NCBI GenBank assembly: GCA_964644245.1
Contig: CAZXUR010000006.1
Location: forward strand, 1-44,086
Length of the DNA: 44,086 nt
Direction: 5' to 3'
From: an uncultured archaeon
GTDB taxonomy: Archaea > Aenigmatarchaeota > Aenigmatarchaeia > CAZXUR01
The position numbers and the translations under genes are program-made. Positions within the stretch are counted from its first letter, which is position 1. Each line of letters opens with the position of its first letter. The notes under the pieces were generated by a model, which saw only the letters and a program-made list of their open reading frames with translations, had not been told where the DNA came from and did no database searches. Shown in pieces: positions 23,332-33,242 of the stretch.

Positions 23332-25365
23332 TTAGTACTCCTGCCTCTTCCTATCCAGGAGCAGGCGTCTCTCTGTCCTGGTTATCTCCACGCTTGCCTC
23401 CTGATACTTCTTGGAACTGACCACCACCGAGTCCAGTCCCAGTTTGACGAATGTGTTTATGAGGTCCAAGCGGTCTCCGGGTATGAGGACTGCAGTGCTC
23501 ACGTTGCTCTTCCTGCACTGGCTCAGCGCGTACTCTATCTGGCGCAGGACAGAGGAATGGTCGGGTTTGTAAAGGTCGGAGGCCTGCGAGAGTTCCTTGT
23601 CGATGCCCAGTGTCAGCTGGGACAGTATATCAGGCCGGAAATACACGAAGTCTATGCCCTCCCCGCAGAACTGGTCTATGTTCAGTGCAGCGGCAGGCGT
23701 TTCCACCGACACTCCGAACTTCATGGTCAGGGGCAGGCCGATGCTCCTGGCGATTTCCTTGACACGTCTGAGTTCGTTCACATCTGATATGAACGGGAGC
23801 AGATAGTGGACGTTCTTGCGTCCCTGATGGTGGAGTGATTTGAGAACTTCCAGTTCCAGTTGCACCACACGGGAGAAATTCCGTCTTAGCCCGTGCCAGC
23901 CCAGCAGTGGGCCTTCGGACGCGTCCACCGACTTGTACCACAAAGGTTTGGAATCCACTTCCCTGGCAGCCTCAGCCAGTATCTGTGACAAACGCTGGGA
24001 GAACTCGTGGTCCCTGGCCTCTGCAAACAAATGGTAGGGGGAGTGGCTCAGTTCGAACACGAACCCGTCGCCCCTGGAGTCCAGGTAATCACCGGACCTA
24101 ACAAGCAGCTGGAGACGGGTGGCTGAGACTTCCTGCCTGGGGAAGTCCGGCTGGATATGTTCACGCCTTTCTGTGGTTTCTTCCTCTCTTAAATGGCTTA
24201 TTTGACCCTTATAGGCGTTTAAAATCACTCTTGAGCCTTCTTCTATCTTTGACTTTGCTTCAGGTATTATTAGTGCCGGTATTCCTTTCTTTCTAGCTTT
24301 AAACGCTTCCTTTGATAAAATAGAGCCCTTTTCTCCTATAACCGGTCCGTCCATGCTCTTCAGCCTTTCCACCACTTTTATCCCTTCCTCGGAGACCACT
24401 CCTTCGGCATATCCCGGAGACACTATTATACCCTTTGCCAGGACTTGTCCCCCGGCTTCCCTGTTCATCATTTTCACCGGATGGAGCGGGGTTGCCTGCA
24501 AAAGGAACACACGGTTCCTCTCTATGCCGAACTCAACGACATACGGCTTGCCTAAACGCGATTCTACCTTCTCGGCAAGTTTCCTCAACTTCTTGAGGTC
24601 TTTGTCCGACAGGACTTGCTTGTTGCGGTCATCCTCGTGCACCTTGACCCTGACCATTTCTCCCTTGCCGTCCCTCTTCACGCACCTGTTCTTCTCCTCC
24701 ACACGTTTCCTGACCGAGCCGTCCGACTTGTCGATTATGTAGTAGTCCGGCAGGGACAGGGCCTTGGTCACCGACTCCGGAAACCCGAAATTCGCTTCAA
24801 CGACCACCTTTGACGGGTCGTTGTTCACCGGGTTGGCGGTGGACATCACTCCGGACCTCTGGGCATCGCACATCTTCTGGACTATGACCGAGAAGTCCTC
24901 CTCGCTCACTGCCGAGACCCAGCACTTCTTCACCGCATCGACCAGTGACTTTTTCCCCTTTACATTCAGAGAATAGTCGTAATACCCAGGGTATTTCTCT
25001 CCGGACACACGCACTGCCACATACGGGCTTTCCTGCCCTGCTTTTATGAAATTGAGTGCTTCTCCGACCTTTTCCAGGTCCTTTGACATGTTTATCTCTT
25101 TATAGGCTTCGTAGACCTGGTTCTTGAGTTCGTCGGGCATCTCCTGCTCCCTGACTAGCGTCCTCACCAGAGGCATGTCGTTCCTCTCCAGTGCCTTCTC
25201 CACCTTATCGCTCAGTCCAGTGGTTTTGAGGAACTTTTCAAAGAAACCTTTGTCCAGCACGAAACCGTGGGGGACCAGTACCTCATCGAACATCTCTCCC
25301 AAAAACCTTGCCTTGTCACCAAGCTCTTTCTGGGCCCTGCCAACATTCTTGAGCCACAAAACCAT
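23332..25365 (-). CDS. PEP synthase / pyruvate phosphate dikinase-like protein with degenerate catalytic sites
   Basis: N-terminal PEP/pyruvate-binding (ATP-grasp) region, central swivel-domain-like segment, C-terminal PEP-utilizer TIM-barrel-like segment (FVYFRPDILSQLTLGIDK). Lys sits where the phospho-His is expected. Confidence 0.75.
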   Translation of the reverse strand: MVLWLKNVGRAQKELGDKARFLGEMFDEVLVPHGFVLDKGFFEKFLKTTGLSDKVEKALERNDMPLVRTLVREQEMPDELKNQVYEAYKEINMSKDLEKVGEALNFIKAGQESPYVAVRVSGEKYPGYYDYSLNVKGKKSLVDAVKKCWVSAVSEEDFSVIVQKMCDAQRSGVMSTANPVNNDPSKVVVEANFGFPESVTKALSLPDYYIIDKSDGSVRKRVEEKNRCVKRDGKGEMVRVKVHEDDRNKQVLSDKDLKKLRKLAEKVESRLGKPYVVEFGIERNRVFLLQATPLHPVKMMNREAGGQVLAKGIIVSPGYAEGVVSEEGIKVVERLKSMDGPVIGEKGSILSKEAFKARKKGIPALIIPEAKSKIEEGSRVILNAYKGQISHLREEETTERREHIQPDFPRQEVSATRLQLLVRSGDYLDSRGDGFVFELSHSPYHLFAEARDHEFSQRLSQILAEAAREVDSKPLWYKSVDASEGPLLGWHGLRRNFSRVVQLELEVLKSLHHQGRKNVHYLLPFISDVNELRRVKEIARSIGLPLTMKFGVSVETPAAALNIDQFCGEGIDFVYFRPDILSQLTLGIDKELSQASDLYKPDHSSVLRQIEYALSQCRKSNVSTAVLIPGDRLDLINTFVKLGLDSVVVSSKKYQEASVEITRTERRLLLDRKRQEY

Positions 25366-25373
25366 ACAACTAT

Positions 25374-25859
25374 TTAGTCGGGCAAACTTAAATTGTTGGC
25401 TATATCCCGAATGGCCTGGTCTATGTTGTGGGACTTGCTCTTCAGGACACTGGCTTTGACCTCTGACTCATTTCCCTGGAGACCCTTCTTCCTGACCCTG
25501 GACTCGATGCGCTTGAACAAATCGTCAAAGGAGTTGTAGGCGTTCAGTGCCGCGGCCAAAGCGTCCTTCTCATGGTTATTGGGATGTTCCAGCTCCAGTC
25601 CCCTCAGCAGTTCTTCCTTTTCCTTGACCCTCATGTCCTTCTCTGGCACGAACAAATAGGCGCCGAATGCAGAGGCTATCCTCCCCAACTTCCTGGAAGG
25701 TTTCTTCCTGTCAGTTGCCACCACCACCGGCTTACCGGTTTCCTCCAGATAGCTTATGATTTCATCCTGTGAAAAATTCCTCTTTGAAACCAGGGCCAGC
25801 AGGTTGCCGTCCATGTCCAGGAACGCCAGGGCAGAAGTGACGCCCAGGTCGATTCCCAC
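25374..25859 (-). CDS. DUF460-like RNase H-fold protein (161 aa)
   Basis: (L)IVGIDLGVTSALAFLDMDGNLLAL, PVVVATD and LFVPEKDMRVKEKEEL resemble the N-terminal nuclease-like part of archaeal DUF460. GTG start in the track. Confidence 0.55.
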   Translation of the reverse strand: MGIDLGVTSALAFLDMDGNLLALVSKRNFSQDEIISYLEETGKPVVVATDRKKPSRKLGRIASAFGAYLFVPEKDMRVKEKEELLRGLELEHPNNHEKDALAAALNAYNSFDDLFKRIESRVRKKGLQGNESEVKASVLKSKSHNIDQAIRDIANNLSLPD

Positions 25860-25879
25860 TATCAGATTCGTGCTACCAC

Positions 25880-26446
25880 CTATAGTCCCAGACGGTCTGA
25901 AACGGACTGAAGCGCCTCCAGAGACAGTTCGAAGAAATGCTTCCTGTCCAATCCGATTTTCTCACAGTACATGATCCGCTCACGGCTGCAGTTACGAGCA
26001 AAGTCCTTCTGTTTGAACTTCTTTTCTATGGTTTCCACACGGACCTCCTCCAGTTTCTTGGAAGGCATGACCAGTGCACAGGCTATCACCAGGCCTGACA
26101 AGGCATCGGCAGCCACCAGAGCCTTAGACTCCTTGGTCTCGGGCTCGACTCCGGTGTGTCCGAAGTTATGCGCTTTTATGGTAGTGATGACCCCTGGCTC
26201 CACTTTGTCTTTGAGAATGTCTTCTGCCACCAGTGTGTGCTTCTCCGGCTGGTCCTTGGTCTGGCTGTAGTCCACGTCGTGCACCAGTCCTGTAATACCC
26301 CACCTGTCCGGGTCTTGGCCAATCTCTTCAGCCAGTTTTCTCATGATGGCTTCCACCGCAAGCATGTGCTTTACCAGATTCTCCTCTTCCACTTTTTCCC
26401 TGACCAGCGAAAGTGCCTGTTCTCTCTGCATACTCTTAGTTGTCAA
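25880..26446 (-). CDS. HD-domain (HDIG) metal-dependent phosphohydrolase
   Basis: HMLAVEAIMRKLA...GLVHDVDY. Confidence 0.8.
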   Translation of the reverse strand: MTTKSMQREQALSLVREKVEEENLVKHMLAVEAIMRKLAEEIGQDPDRWGITGLVHDVDYSQTKDQPEKHTLVAEDILKDKVEPGVITTIKAHNFGHTGVEPETKESKALVAADALSGLVIACALVMPSKKLEEVRVETIEKKFKQKDFARNCSRERIMYCEKIGLDRKHFFELSLEALQSVSDRLGL

Positions 26447-26466
26447 AGAAGATTTAAGTAATTCAA

Positions 26467-27591
26467 TTACTCGATGAAGAACTGGAACTCAGACACTGTC
26501 CCTCCCCCACAGTAGTCCTCGAGCATCACGTAAATATCATTGGCCTCGCCGTACTTGAAAGCAGATGAAGCGGTTAGTTCGACCGGGGGTATGCACCATC
26601 CGGTGCCTCTGCAACCGTCGCAACCCCTCCACACTTCCTGCTCCGGACCAGAATCGTAACCGGTCGTCCCGCTGTAGTATATGAGGTCCTCGTTGACGTA
26701 GAAGTAGAAGTTGTCGTCTATGCATATGTAGCCGGACGTGCCCTCGGGGTCAGGAGCTCCGCTGGGGGCCTCTCCTTCCCCGCTTATGTAGAGCTTGTGC
26801 CCTACGAAAAGTTTGTTCATGGTCAGTTTGGTCCTCATCCATCCGTGGGCAAGACATTCCGGCGAACGGATACAATAGGCGTTCTCAAAACCGACCTGGT
26901 GGGGGTTGTCCGGAGGGTCGTGGGAGGAGCAGCACCCCGGCTGATTCCAGTCAGTCCTGCCGTCTACGCTGACCCAATTCAGGCCTCCGGAAGGAACGGA
27001 CGCCGGGCAGTTTCCCTGGTAAGAGCCCAAGAGGTTGTTGTTCTCGTTTGTCAGTGGGTCACCGCCGAACTCGGTCCTCTCCCATGTGCTGTAGGAATAA
27101 GAGGTCTGCCTGGACTCGTAGTTGCCCCATATGGAACCGCTTTCCTCTCTCTCCAGACCGTTCTTTGATATGTACTCCACCCTCACTTCCATGGAGTAAC
27201 AATCCCCTGCCCTTGCCTCGCAGTCTTCGGAGACGTTGCCCATGAACGCGATTTTATCGCCCTTTGAAACGCGGGGGTCGGCAATCCTGTCCATGTTCGC
27301 GTGGCCACACAACTTGTCCTTCGACCAGACGGAAACATTTTCTATGGTTATGGTCTCACTGACCTTGCCTTCCACGTATATGTAGAACTTGTTGGATAGA
27401 TAGGGGGAATCACTGGATATGACTATGAAGTCTGTTATGAACAGGTGTGGACTGTCATAATGCCCCTTGAGGCTGAACGTGCAGGGCGATATTATTCCCA
27501 GATTCCACAGTACGATGCCCACCATGGTCACTATGGCAATACTGAATCCGTATGTGGTCAGGAACTCCATGACTGCCTGTGCCTTTGCCAT
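26467..27591 (-). CDS. large archaeal type IV pilin-like surface protein (class III signal peptide)
   Basis: MAKAQAVMEFLTTYGFSIAIVTMVGIVLW matches the (K/R)(G/A)Q..ME(F/Y)L.TYG class III signal. Cys-rich 340-aa extracellular part. Confidence 0.7.
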   Translation of the reverse strand: MAKAQAVMEFLTTYGFSIAIVTMVGIVLWNLGIISPCTFSLKGHYDSPHLFITDFIVISSDSPYLSNKFYIYVEGKVSETITIENVSVWSKDKLCGHANMDRIADPRVSKGDKIAFMGNVSEDCEARAGDCYSMEVRVEYISKNGLEREESGSIWGNYESRQTSYSYSTWERTEFGGDPLTNENNNLLGSYQGNCPASVPSGGLNWVSVDGRTDWNQPGCCSSHDPPDNPHQVGFENAYCIRSPECLAHGWMRTKLTMNKLFVGHKLYISGEGEAPSGAPDPEGTSGYICIDDNFYFYVNEDLIYYSGTTGYDSGPEQEVWRGCDGCRGTGWCIPPVELTASSAFKYGEANDIYVMLEDYCGGGTVSEFQFFIE

Positions 27592-27665
27592 GTATAGACG
27601 TTTACCTTATGTGATATAAAAGCTTGAAAAACTATAAAATAAAAACTTTGACCACAATTATTAAC

Positions 27666-29186
27666 ATGCCCAAACCCATAGGAACGGTCATATCGACTCC
27701 TGATTCTCCCAGCTCACAGAAGTTCCGGTTCGTGGTCGACGGAAAGGTCAAGAAGTCCCAGTTCGTAAAAGTGTCCTCCGGAGGCAAGGTCATATCCAGG
27801 GTGGCAGACATGTTCAAGGCCAACCGATACTTCGAGCGGGCCGAGTCCGTCCAGCAGTTCGAGATGAACGACCTGCCCACGGAAAAGTGGGATTATATGG
27901 TAGCAGAGGCCGTGCCACTGGGCATATTCAGTTCAAAGGGTTCTTCCCGTCCCAACCATCCGGTGTCTCCGGGGGACAACGTCTACAACGCCTCCAAGAA
28001 GACATTGAAGGAGTTTCTGGGACTGGACAAGGACGGGCTGAATATAGGTGAACTGGACATCCACAACCATGCGGTAAAACTGAACATGACTCGCCTGTTC
28101 CAGAAGCACCTGGCCATAGTCGCACAGTCGGGAAGCGGCAAGTCTTACCTGGTAAAAGTGATGCTGGAGGAAATACTCAACCGGGAACCGGATTCGGGAC
28201 AGGTGGCAGCAGTGGTCATAGACCCGCACGGTGAATACAAATGCTTTGACGTGGACAAGAAGTTCCAGAACAAGACCAAGGTGATAAAGGGTGAGAACAT
28301 ACGGATATCACTCCCCCACATGTCTTCGGGCCTCTTGAGCGGATTGTTTCCAGACCTGAGTTCAGTCCAGAGACGGGAACTGATGAAATCCATGGCAGGA
28401 GTCAGGAGGGCCAGGCAGGGCAACGTGTTCGGTCTCAAGGAACTGGTCACCCAGATAAAGGAAGACGAATCCATGAGCCCCAAGACCAAGAACGTGCTTC
28501 TATCGGGGCTGGAGACTGCCAACCGCATGAAACTGCTGGACGTGTCTGACAACCCCTCTTTATCCCAACTGATAAAACAAGGGTGTCTGACGGTTATAGA
28601 CCTGAGCAATGTGTCCTCATTCCGCAAAAGACAGATAATAGTGGACTTCCTGTCCAGAAAACTGTTCTCAGCCCGGAGAAAGAAAATGATACCCCCTTAC
28701 GTCCTGTTCGTGGAGGAAGCCCACAACTTCGCCCCGGAGACAGCCAAGAAGAGGAATGCAGTGTCTAAAGGCGTACTGATAAAGCATGCCAGGGAAGGCA
28801 GGAAATTCAACGCATGCCTCTGCCTCGTTTCCCAGAGGCCCAAGTACCTGTCGACAACGGCGCTGTCACAGTGCAACACACAGATAATACTGAGAATCAC
28901 CAATCCCTACGACCTGGAGCACATAGGCAAGTCGTCAGAAGGACTGACCAAGGAGGTGCTCTCCACCATATCTTCACTGAGGACCGGCGAGGCAGTAGTG
29001 GTGGGGGAGGCAGTCAACTTCCCCATATTCCTCAATGTCAGGGAAAAGGAAGTGGGAGATGTGGAAGTGGGAATTCCCCTGGAGAAGGAAGCCAAAAGCT
29101 ACAGGACTGATAAGAAGAAGGAAGACAAGGACATGGACGCTTTCATGCCTCCGAAGACGGAGAGGTCGGGGTCCAAGACCGGTTGA
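27666..29186 (+). CDS. herA: HerA-type hexameric DNA translocase/helicase
   Basis: Walker A AQSGSGKSY, VIDPHGEY, Walker B LFVEEAHNF. The ATG at 27666 gives the typical MPKPIGTVIS start with a TATA ~25 nt upstream. Confidence 0.8.
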   Translation: MPKPIGTVISTPDSPSSQKFRFVVDGKVKKSQFVKVSSGGKVISRVADMFKANRYFERAESVQQFEMNDLPTEKWDYMVAEAVPLGIFSSKGSSRPNHPVSPGDNVYNASKKTLKEFLGLDKDGLNIGELDIHNHAVKLNMTRLFQKHLAIVAQSGSGKSYLVKVMLEEILNREPDSGQVAAVVIDPHGEYKCFDVDKKFQNKTKVIKGENIRISLPHMSSGLLSGLFPDLSSVQRRELMKSMAGVRRARQGNVFGLKELVTQIKEDESMSPKTKNVLLSGLETANRMKLLDVSDNPSLSQLIKQGCLTVIDLSNVSSFRKRQIIVDFLSRKLFSARRKKMIPPYVLFVEEAHNFAPETAKKRNAVSKGVLIKHAREGRKFNACLCLVSQRPKYLSTTALSQCNTQIILRITNPYDLEHIGKSSEGLTKEVLSTISSLRTGEAVVVGEAVNFPIFLNVREKEVGDVEVGIPLEKEAKSYRTDKKKEDKDMDAFMPPKTERSGSKTG

Positions 29187-29259
29187 GACAATTCGTGTAT
29201 ATTCTCAAACAGCGAAAAGTTTAAATACTCTAATAGTAACGACTGATTGGTGATAACAG

Positions 29260-29418
29260 ATGTCAGCAAACGAAAGTTACACTCAGAAGGGGGATACTGA
29301 GATAACTCCCCTGGAACGTCTCTACGGTCCGGGAGCCAAAATAGTCAACGGGATCCTAGTGGTGGGAGAAAACGAGGAAAACTACAAGACTTCGAAACCC
29401 AGTGACCCTCAATTTTAA
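29260..29418 (+). CDS. possible small protein (52 aa)
   Basis: Hand-translated: MSANESYTQKGDTEITPLERLYGPGAKIVNGILVVGENEENYKTSKPSDPQF. Consensus promoter aaagtttaaata ~30 nt upstream. Confidence 0.35.
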   Translation: MSANESYTQKGDTEITPLERLYGPGAKIVNGILVVGENEENYKTSKPSDPQF

Positions 29419-29420
29419 TT

Positions 29421-31763
29421 TTAAGCGCTCAGGGCTTCGACTTTGGTCGGGGCATCCTGAGCCTTATTTCTATTCAGTTTATAGAGAGAGCCAGTGACCG
29501 CTTCCTCCAAACGCTCTTCGTGAGTGATAACGAACACCTGGTCGACTATGTCGGACACCTTGGTTTTCAGTACCTTGGCGAACGACTGTATGGCGTTTAT
29601 GTCCAGGTTGTGAGTGGGTTCGTCCAGTATCAGCCACTTGAGGTTGGGCGCAAGTATGAGTGAGAAAGCAATCCTCAAACAGAGAGCCGCAGAAGTCCTC
29701 TCCCCTCCCGAGGCTACTCCTTCAACAGAGTTCCATTCACCGGACTTCAGTTGGAGCACGTAGTCGCCCTCCTGCACCGAAAGACGTATGGACTGGAAGT
29801 CGCTGTAGGGATACATCTCTGACCAAATTTCGTCCATGGTCTCGTTTATGGCCTCCACGAATTCCGAGCGCAGCTGTTCCTGGGTGTCCAGAAGTGCCTG
29901 GTTGAACTTGTTCAGGAAGTCTATGATATTTGACAAAGTGTTGACCTCGCCCGCCAGTTCCTTTAGGGAGGAGCGTCTTTTCTTGAGTTCCTGCAGACGC
30001 AGTTTCTTCTCCTTCAGCAGGTTTTCCATAGACTTGAGGGATTCCTTCATCTGACTGTTGTTGGCGATCAGTCCCTGCAGTTTCTGTCTCTTGGAGCGCA
30101 ACTCCTGGGGGTCGAACTCTATTGCCTCCAGGTTTTCCTTTATGCGCTGGGAACGCTTCATGTAAGCCCTTTTCTGCCCAATTTTCTCCTCCAGTTCCTT
30201 TCTGCGGCTCAGGAGCATCTGCATGTCTGACTTCCTGTCACTAAGGTCCTTCCTTTTTTCCTCCAGTTCCTCTATTTCCTTCCTCAGTCCGTCCATGCGT
30301 ACGTCCATGGAATTTCCTTTCTCCCTGAGCTCTTCCAGTTCGCTCTTCTTTTCCTCCAGGTCCAGTCCCTCCAGTCCTTTGAGCCTTTCCCTGAGCACTG
30401 TCAGCCTGTTCGTTTCTGCTTCCAGCCGCACCTTTTTAGCCCCCAGACTCCCTATCTTCTCTCTGGCGCTTTCTATGCCCCCTTCGGCCTCTTCTATACG
30501 TTGCTTGCGGTCACTCACCAACTCGCGCCTCTTCTCCTTCCCGAGAGGGGTGTCACAAACCGGGCACCGGTCGCCTGAGAGCTTGTCCAGACTGTCCCTC
30601 ATGCGGCTAATTATCAGGTTGTTCCTGCCCACTTCCTGTCTGAGTTCTTCCAATTTCTTCTCCACATTTTTCAGAGAGCCGGAGGGGTTCTTCTTCTCCA
30701 GTTCCCCCAATTCTTCCTTCAGTGACTGCCCTTCCTTCAACTTCTTCCGGGTCTCCTCTATCTGCTCTTCCTTCTGGTTGGCAAGTGCGAACAGCCTGGA
30801 ACCCTTGGACTGCAACGACTCCAACTTCTGTCTGTAAGACTTGAGCCTCTGCCGGTTCTTCTCCACCTTTTCCATCAATTCCGAATACTTCTCCTCCATC
30901 TTCTCCAGTTCCACGTCCGAGTACTTGCCCAGTGAATTCCTCAACTTCTTCTCTGCGTTCCTGGCCTCCTCCAGTCCGGTCCTGACACTGGCCATCTCGG
31001 TTTCCAGTTTCCTGACCTTATCGGCCCTCTCCTCCATGTCCTCCACGGACGAGCGGAGTTTCTCCAGTTTCTGTCTTCCCTGTTCCAGTTCCCTGCTCAG
31101 CTTTTCCCGGTCTTGTTCCAGTTTCCTGACATCTCTCTCCAGGTCGGGTATCTTCTTCAGGAACCCCTCCTCCTTGAGCCTTCCCATCTCATCCTTCTTG
31201 TCCTTCCTCCTCTGCCTGCACCGGTTGGTGAGTGACGAGGCAGACGACCTGGCCTTCTCGAACCTGTCCAGTCTCAGCAACTGGTCTATTTTCTCCATCC
31301 TCTGTCCTTTGGGTATGGTAAGAAAGTAGTCCAACTGGTTCTGTTCCGAATAAACGGCACGGGAGAACAGTTCATAGTCCACACTGAGTATCTCTTCAAC
31401 CGTCTCTGTCACCCTGGTGGCCTGCGGCGCCTCGAGCAACTTTCCACCCTGGCGTATCTCAGAATTGGTGGTTCCCTTGCCCCTTTCCACAGTCCTTGAT
31501 ATGGTGTATGTGTTGTCCATCTCCAAAGTCAGTTCGACTTCAGCCTTGTCCCTCCTCTTGGGCCTGTTCATTATGACCTGGTCTAGCTTGAGGTTTCTCT
31601 TCTGCAGGTCGGGAAAAGTGCCGAACAAGGCAAAGCATATGGCATCTAGGACTGATGACTTTCCGGAACCCATAATTCCCACCAGTACGTTGGTACCAGG
31701 GGAGAACCTGAACTCTGATTCCATGTGGCTCTTCCAGTTCTTCAGCACCAGTTTGGATATCAT
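29421..31763 (-). CDS. rad50: DNA double-strand break repair ATPase Rad50
   Basis: Walker A GIMGSGKSS, long coiled coil with zinc hook CPVC, signature SGGE, Walker B LILDEPT. Confidence 0.9.
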   Translation of the reverse strand: MISKLVLKNWKSHMESEFRFSPGTNVLVGIMGSGKSSVLDAICFALFGTFPDLQKRNLKLDQVIMNRPKRRDKAEVELTLEMDNTYTISRTVERGKGTTNSEIRQGGKLLEAPQATRVTETVEEILSVDYELFSRAVYSEQNQLDYFLTIPKGQRMEKIDQLLRLDRFEKARSSASSLTNRCRQRRKDKKDEMGRLKEEGFLKKIPDLERDVRKLEQDREKLSRELEQGRQKLEKLRSSVEDMEERADKVRKLETEMASVRTGLEEARNAEKKLRNSLGKYSDVELEKMEEKYSELMEKVEKNRQRLKSYRQKLESLQSKGSRLFALANQKEEQIEETRKKLKEGQSLKEELGELEKKNPSGSLKNVEKKLEELRQEVGRNNLIISRMRDSLDKLSGDRCPVCDTPLGKEKRRELVSDRKQRIEEAEGGIESAREKIGSLGAKKVRLEAETNRLTVLRERLKGLEGLDLEEKKSELEELREKGNSMDVRMDGLRKEIEELEEKRKDLSDRKSDMQMLLSRRKELEEKIGQKRAYMKRSQRIKENLEAIEFDPQELRSKRQKLQGLIANNSQMKESLKSMENLLKEKKLRLQELKKRRSSLKELAGEVNTLSNIIDFLNKFNQALLDTQEQLRSEFVEAINETMDEIWSEMYPYSDFQSIRLSVQEGDYVLQLKSGEWNSVEGVASGGERTSAALCLRIAFSLILAPNLKWLILDEPTHNLDINAIQSFAKVLKTKVSDIVDQVFVITHEERLEEAVTGSLYKLNRNKAQDAPTKVEALSA

Positions 31764-32986
31764 TTGAATCCCTTGAGGTCTTTTTGTCCGGAAGGCTTGA
31801 CGTCGGGCAGTTTCTTCCGTTTCTTCCTGACTATCTGAAGTTCGTCCTTCTCCAAATCCATGTCCTTGACCAGCTCCATGGCCCGGTCCATGCTTTCGTT
31901 GACCAGGGCGTCCACCAGTTCATCCACCTCGAATCCCAGCCTCTTCTCCAGAAGTTTGAGTCCCATCTCTTCCACGGACACCTTTTCCTCCCTCAGTTTC
32001 TGCAGCATCTCCACCTTCTCGGACTTCTCGATTTCCTTGCTCGCCGAGATGACGAAGTTTTCACGGTAACGGTCCAGGAGTTTGAGGTCCAGGGACTTCT
32101 TGCTCTTCAGCCTCAGCCTTACCAGGGGCTTGGGTTCCCCCTTGGGCAACGAATCCATATAATCCTCCACTTCAGACATGTCCTCCACCTCCATCTTCTG
32201 GTAGTGGACCTTCCTCTGGAAAGAGAGTTTGTTGAAGGACACCTTCCCGTTTTTCAGTGTCAGGAATCCCTTGGGCTTCTCCGACTCTATCTTGTTCATC
32301 TGTGTGGATATCAGCGAGCCGGGGAACACCAGTGTCCTGCCAGATGCCTCGGTCTTGTTGGACCAGTGGATGTGTCCGTCCACGACAAGGTCGAATCCCT
32401 GGGGCAGGTCCTCAATCTTCAGTGATGGGGGCTCCAGCGGCGAGTAGATGTAAGGGTCTATGGACTGGTGGAGGAGAAGGATGTTGTAGGCGTCTGCCAC
32501 CGGTTTCGGGTCCCACCTCTCCAGAACTTTCTTCGCGTACCTCTCCGGCACTCCTGACATGCCGTGGACCGCGTATTTTTTGCCGTTCACGTCGAACACG
32601 CAGGACTGGCAATTCAGATGTATGAGGAACCCGGCTATCTCCAGAGCCCTTATGGGGTTGAGCAGGTTCTTGCCCCTCCTCTCGTGGGTGCCGTGTATGG
32701 AGACCATAGGAATTCCCCTCAGTGCCAGTTTGTTGTTCATCTTTTTTCCTATCATCCTGACAAGGCGAGCGTCAGAACTCTCCATCAGCGGGGCGGAAAG
32801 GATTTCCATGGCCCTCGCCCACACCTCTGTCCTGGGCAGGCGTGAGTCGAACACGTCTCCGGCCACCAGTATGAGGTCGCCCTTCAGCGCGGTTTCCATG
32901 ACCTCCCTGACAGCCTTGAATGAATCGTCTTCCCTCTCCTTGCCGTAATCAAAACCAAAGTGGCAGTCAGAAAATATGGTTATCAT
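31760..32986 (-). CDS. mre11: DNA double-strand break repair nuclease Mre11
   Basis: Calcineurin-like phosphoesterase motifs SDCHFG, AGDVFD, HGTHE, VDGHIH. 4-nt overlap with rad50. Confidence 0.9.
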   Translation of the reverse strand: MITIFSDCHFGFDYGKEREDDSFKAVREVMETALKGDLILVAGDVFDSRLPRTEVWARAMEILSAPLMESSDARLVRMIGKKMNNKLALRGIPMVSIHGTHERRGKNLLNPIRALEIAGFLIHLNCQSCVFDVNGKKYAVHGMSGVPERYAKKVLERWDPKPVADAYNILLLHQSIDPYIYSPLEPPSLKIEDLPQGFDLVVDGHIHWSNKTEASGRTLVFPGSLISTQMNKIESEKPKGFLTLKNGKVSFNKLSFQRKVHYQKMEVEDMSEVEDYMDSLPKGEPKPLVRLRLKSKKSLDLKLLDRYRENFVISASKEIEKSEKVEMLQKLREEKVSVEEMGLKLLEKRLGFEVDELVDALVNESMDRAMELVKDMDLEKDELQIVRKKRKKLPDVKPSGQKDLKGFK

Positions 32987-33122
32987 AAGCTGTAGACAAC
33001 TATTGGTGGCAAAACTTTAATTGTATATAGTAATGGAGCAAAAAAATCTGAAAAAATACAACTATTGCCGAACTGTTTTGTGAATCTTTAAATAACTACC
33101 ATATTACTTAAAGTGATTAAAA

Positions 33123-33242
33123 ATGGATGAAATCGAGAGGATAAGAAAAGAAGTCGAGGAAGAGATGATTGAGGAAGAAAGCGAGATAGAAGTGGACGGC
33201 GAGCCAGAAGCAAACGAAATAGAAGACGACATATACGACTGA
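33123..33242 (+). CDS. possible small very acidic peptide (39 aa)
   Basis: MDEIERIRKEVEEEMIEEESEIEVDGEPEANEIEDDIYD. TATA ctttaaataa ~30 nt upstream. Confidence 0.3.
   Translation: MDEIERIRKEVEEEMIEEESEIEVDGEPEANEIEDDIYD

Noticed and set aside
30223-31329. Long Ser/Phe/Leu-rich + strand ORFs opposite rad50 (also 41177..42097 opposite ftsY and 31784..32425 opposite mre11)
   Set aside because: They are antisense artefacts of Lys/Glu-rich coding sequence (AAG/GAA read as CTT/TTC). The minus-strand frames carry the Rad50, FtsY and Mre11 motifs.
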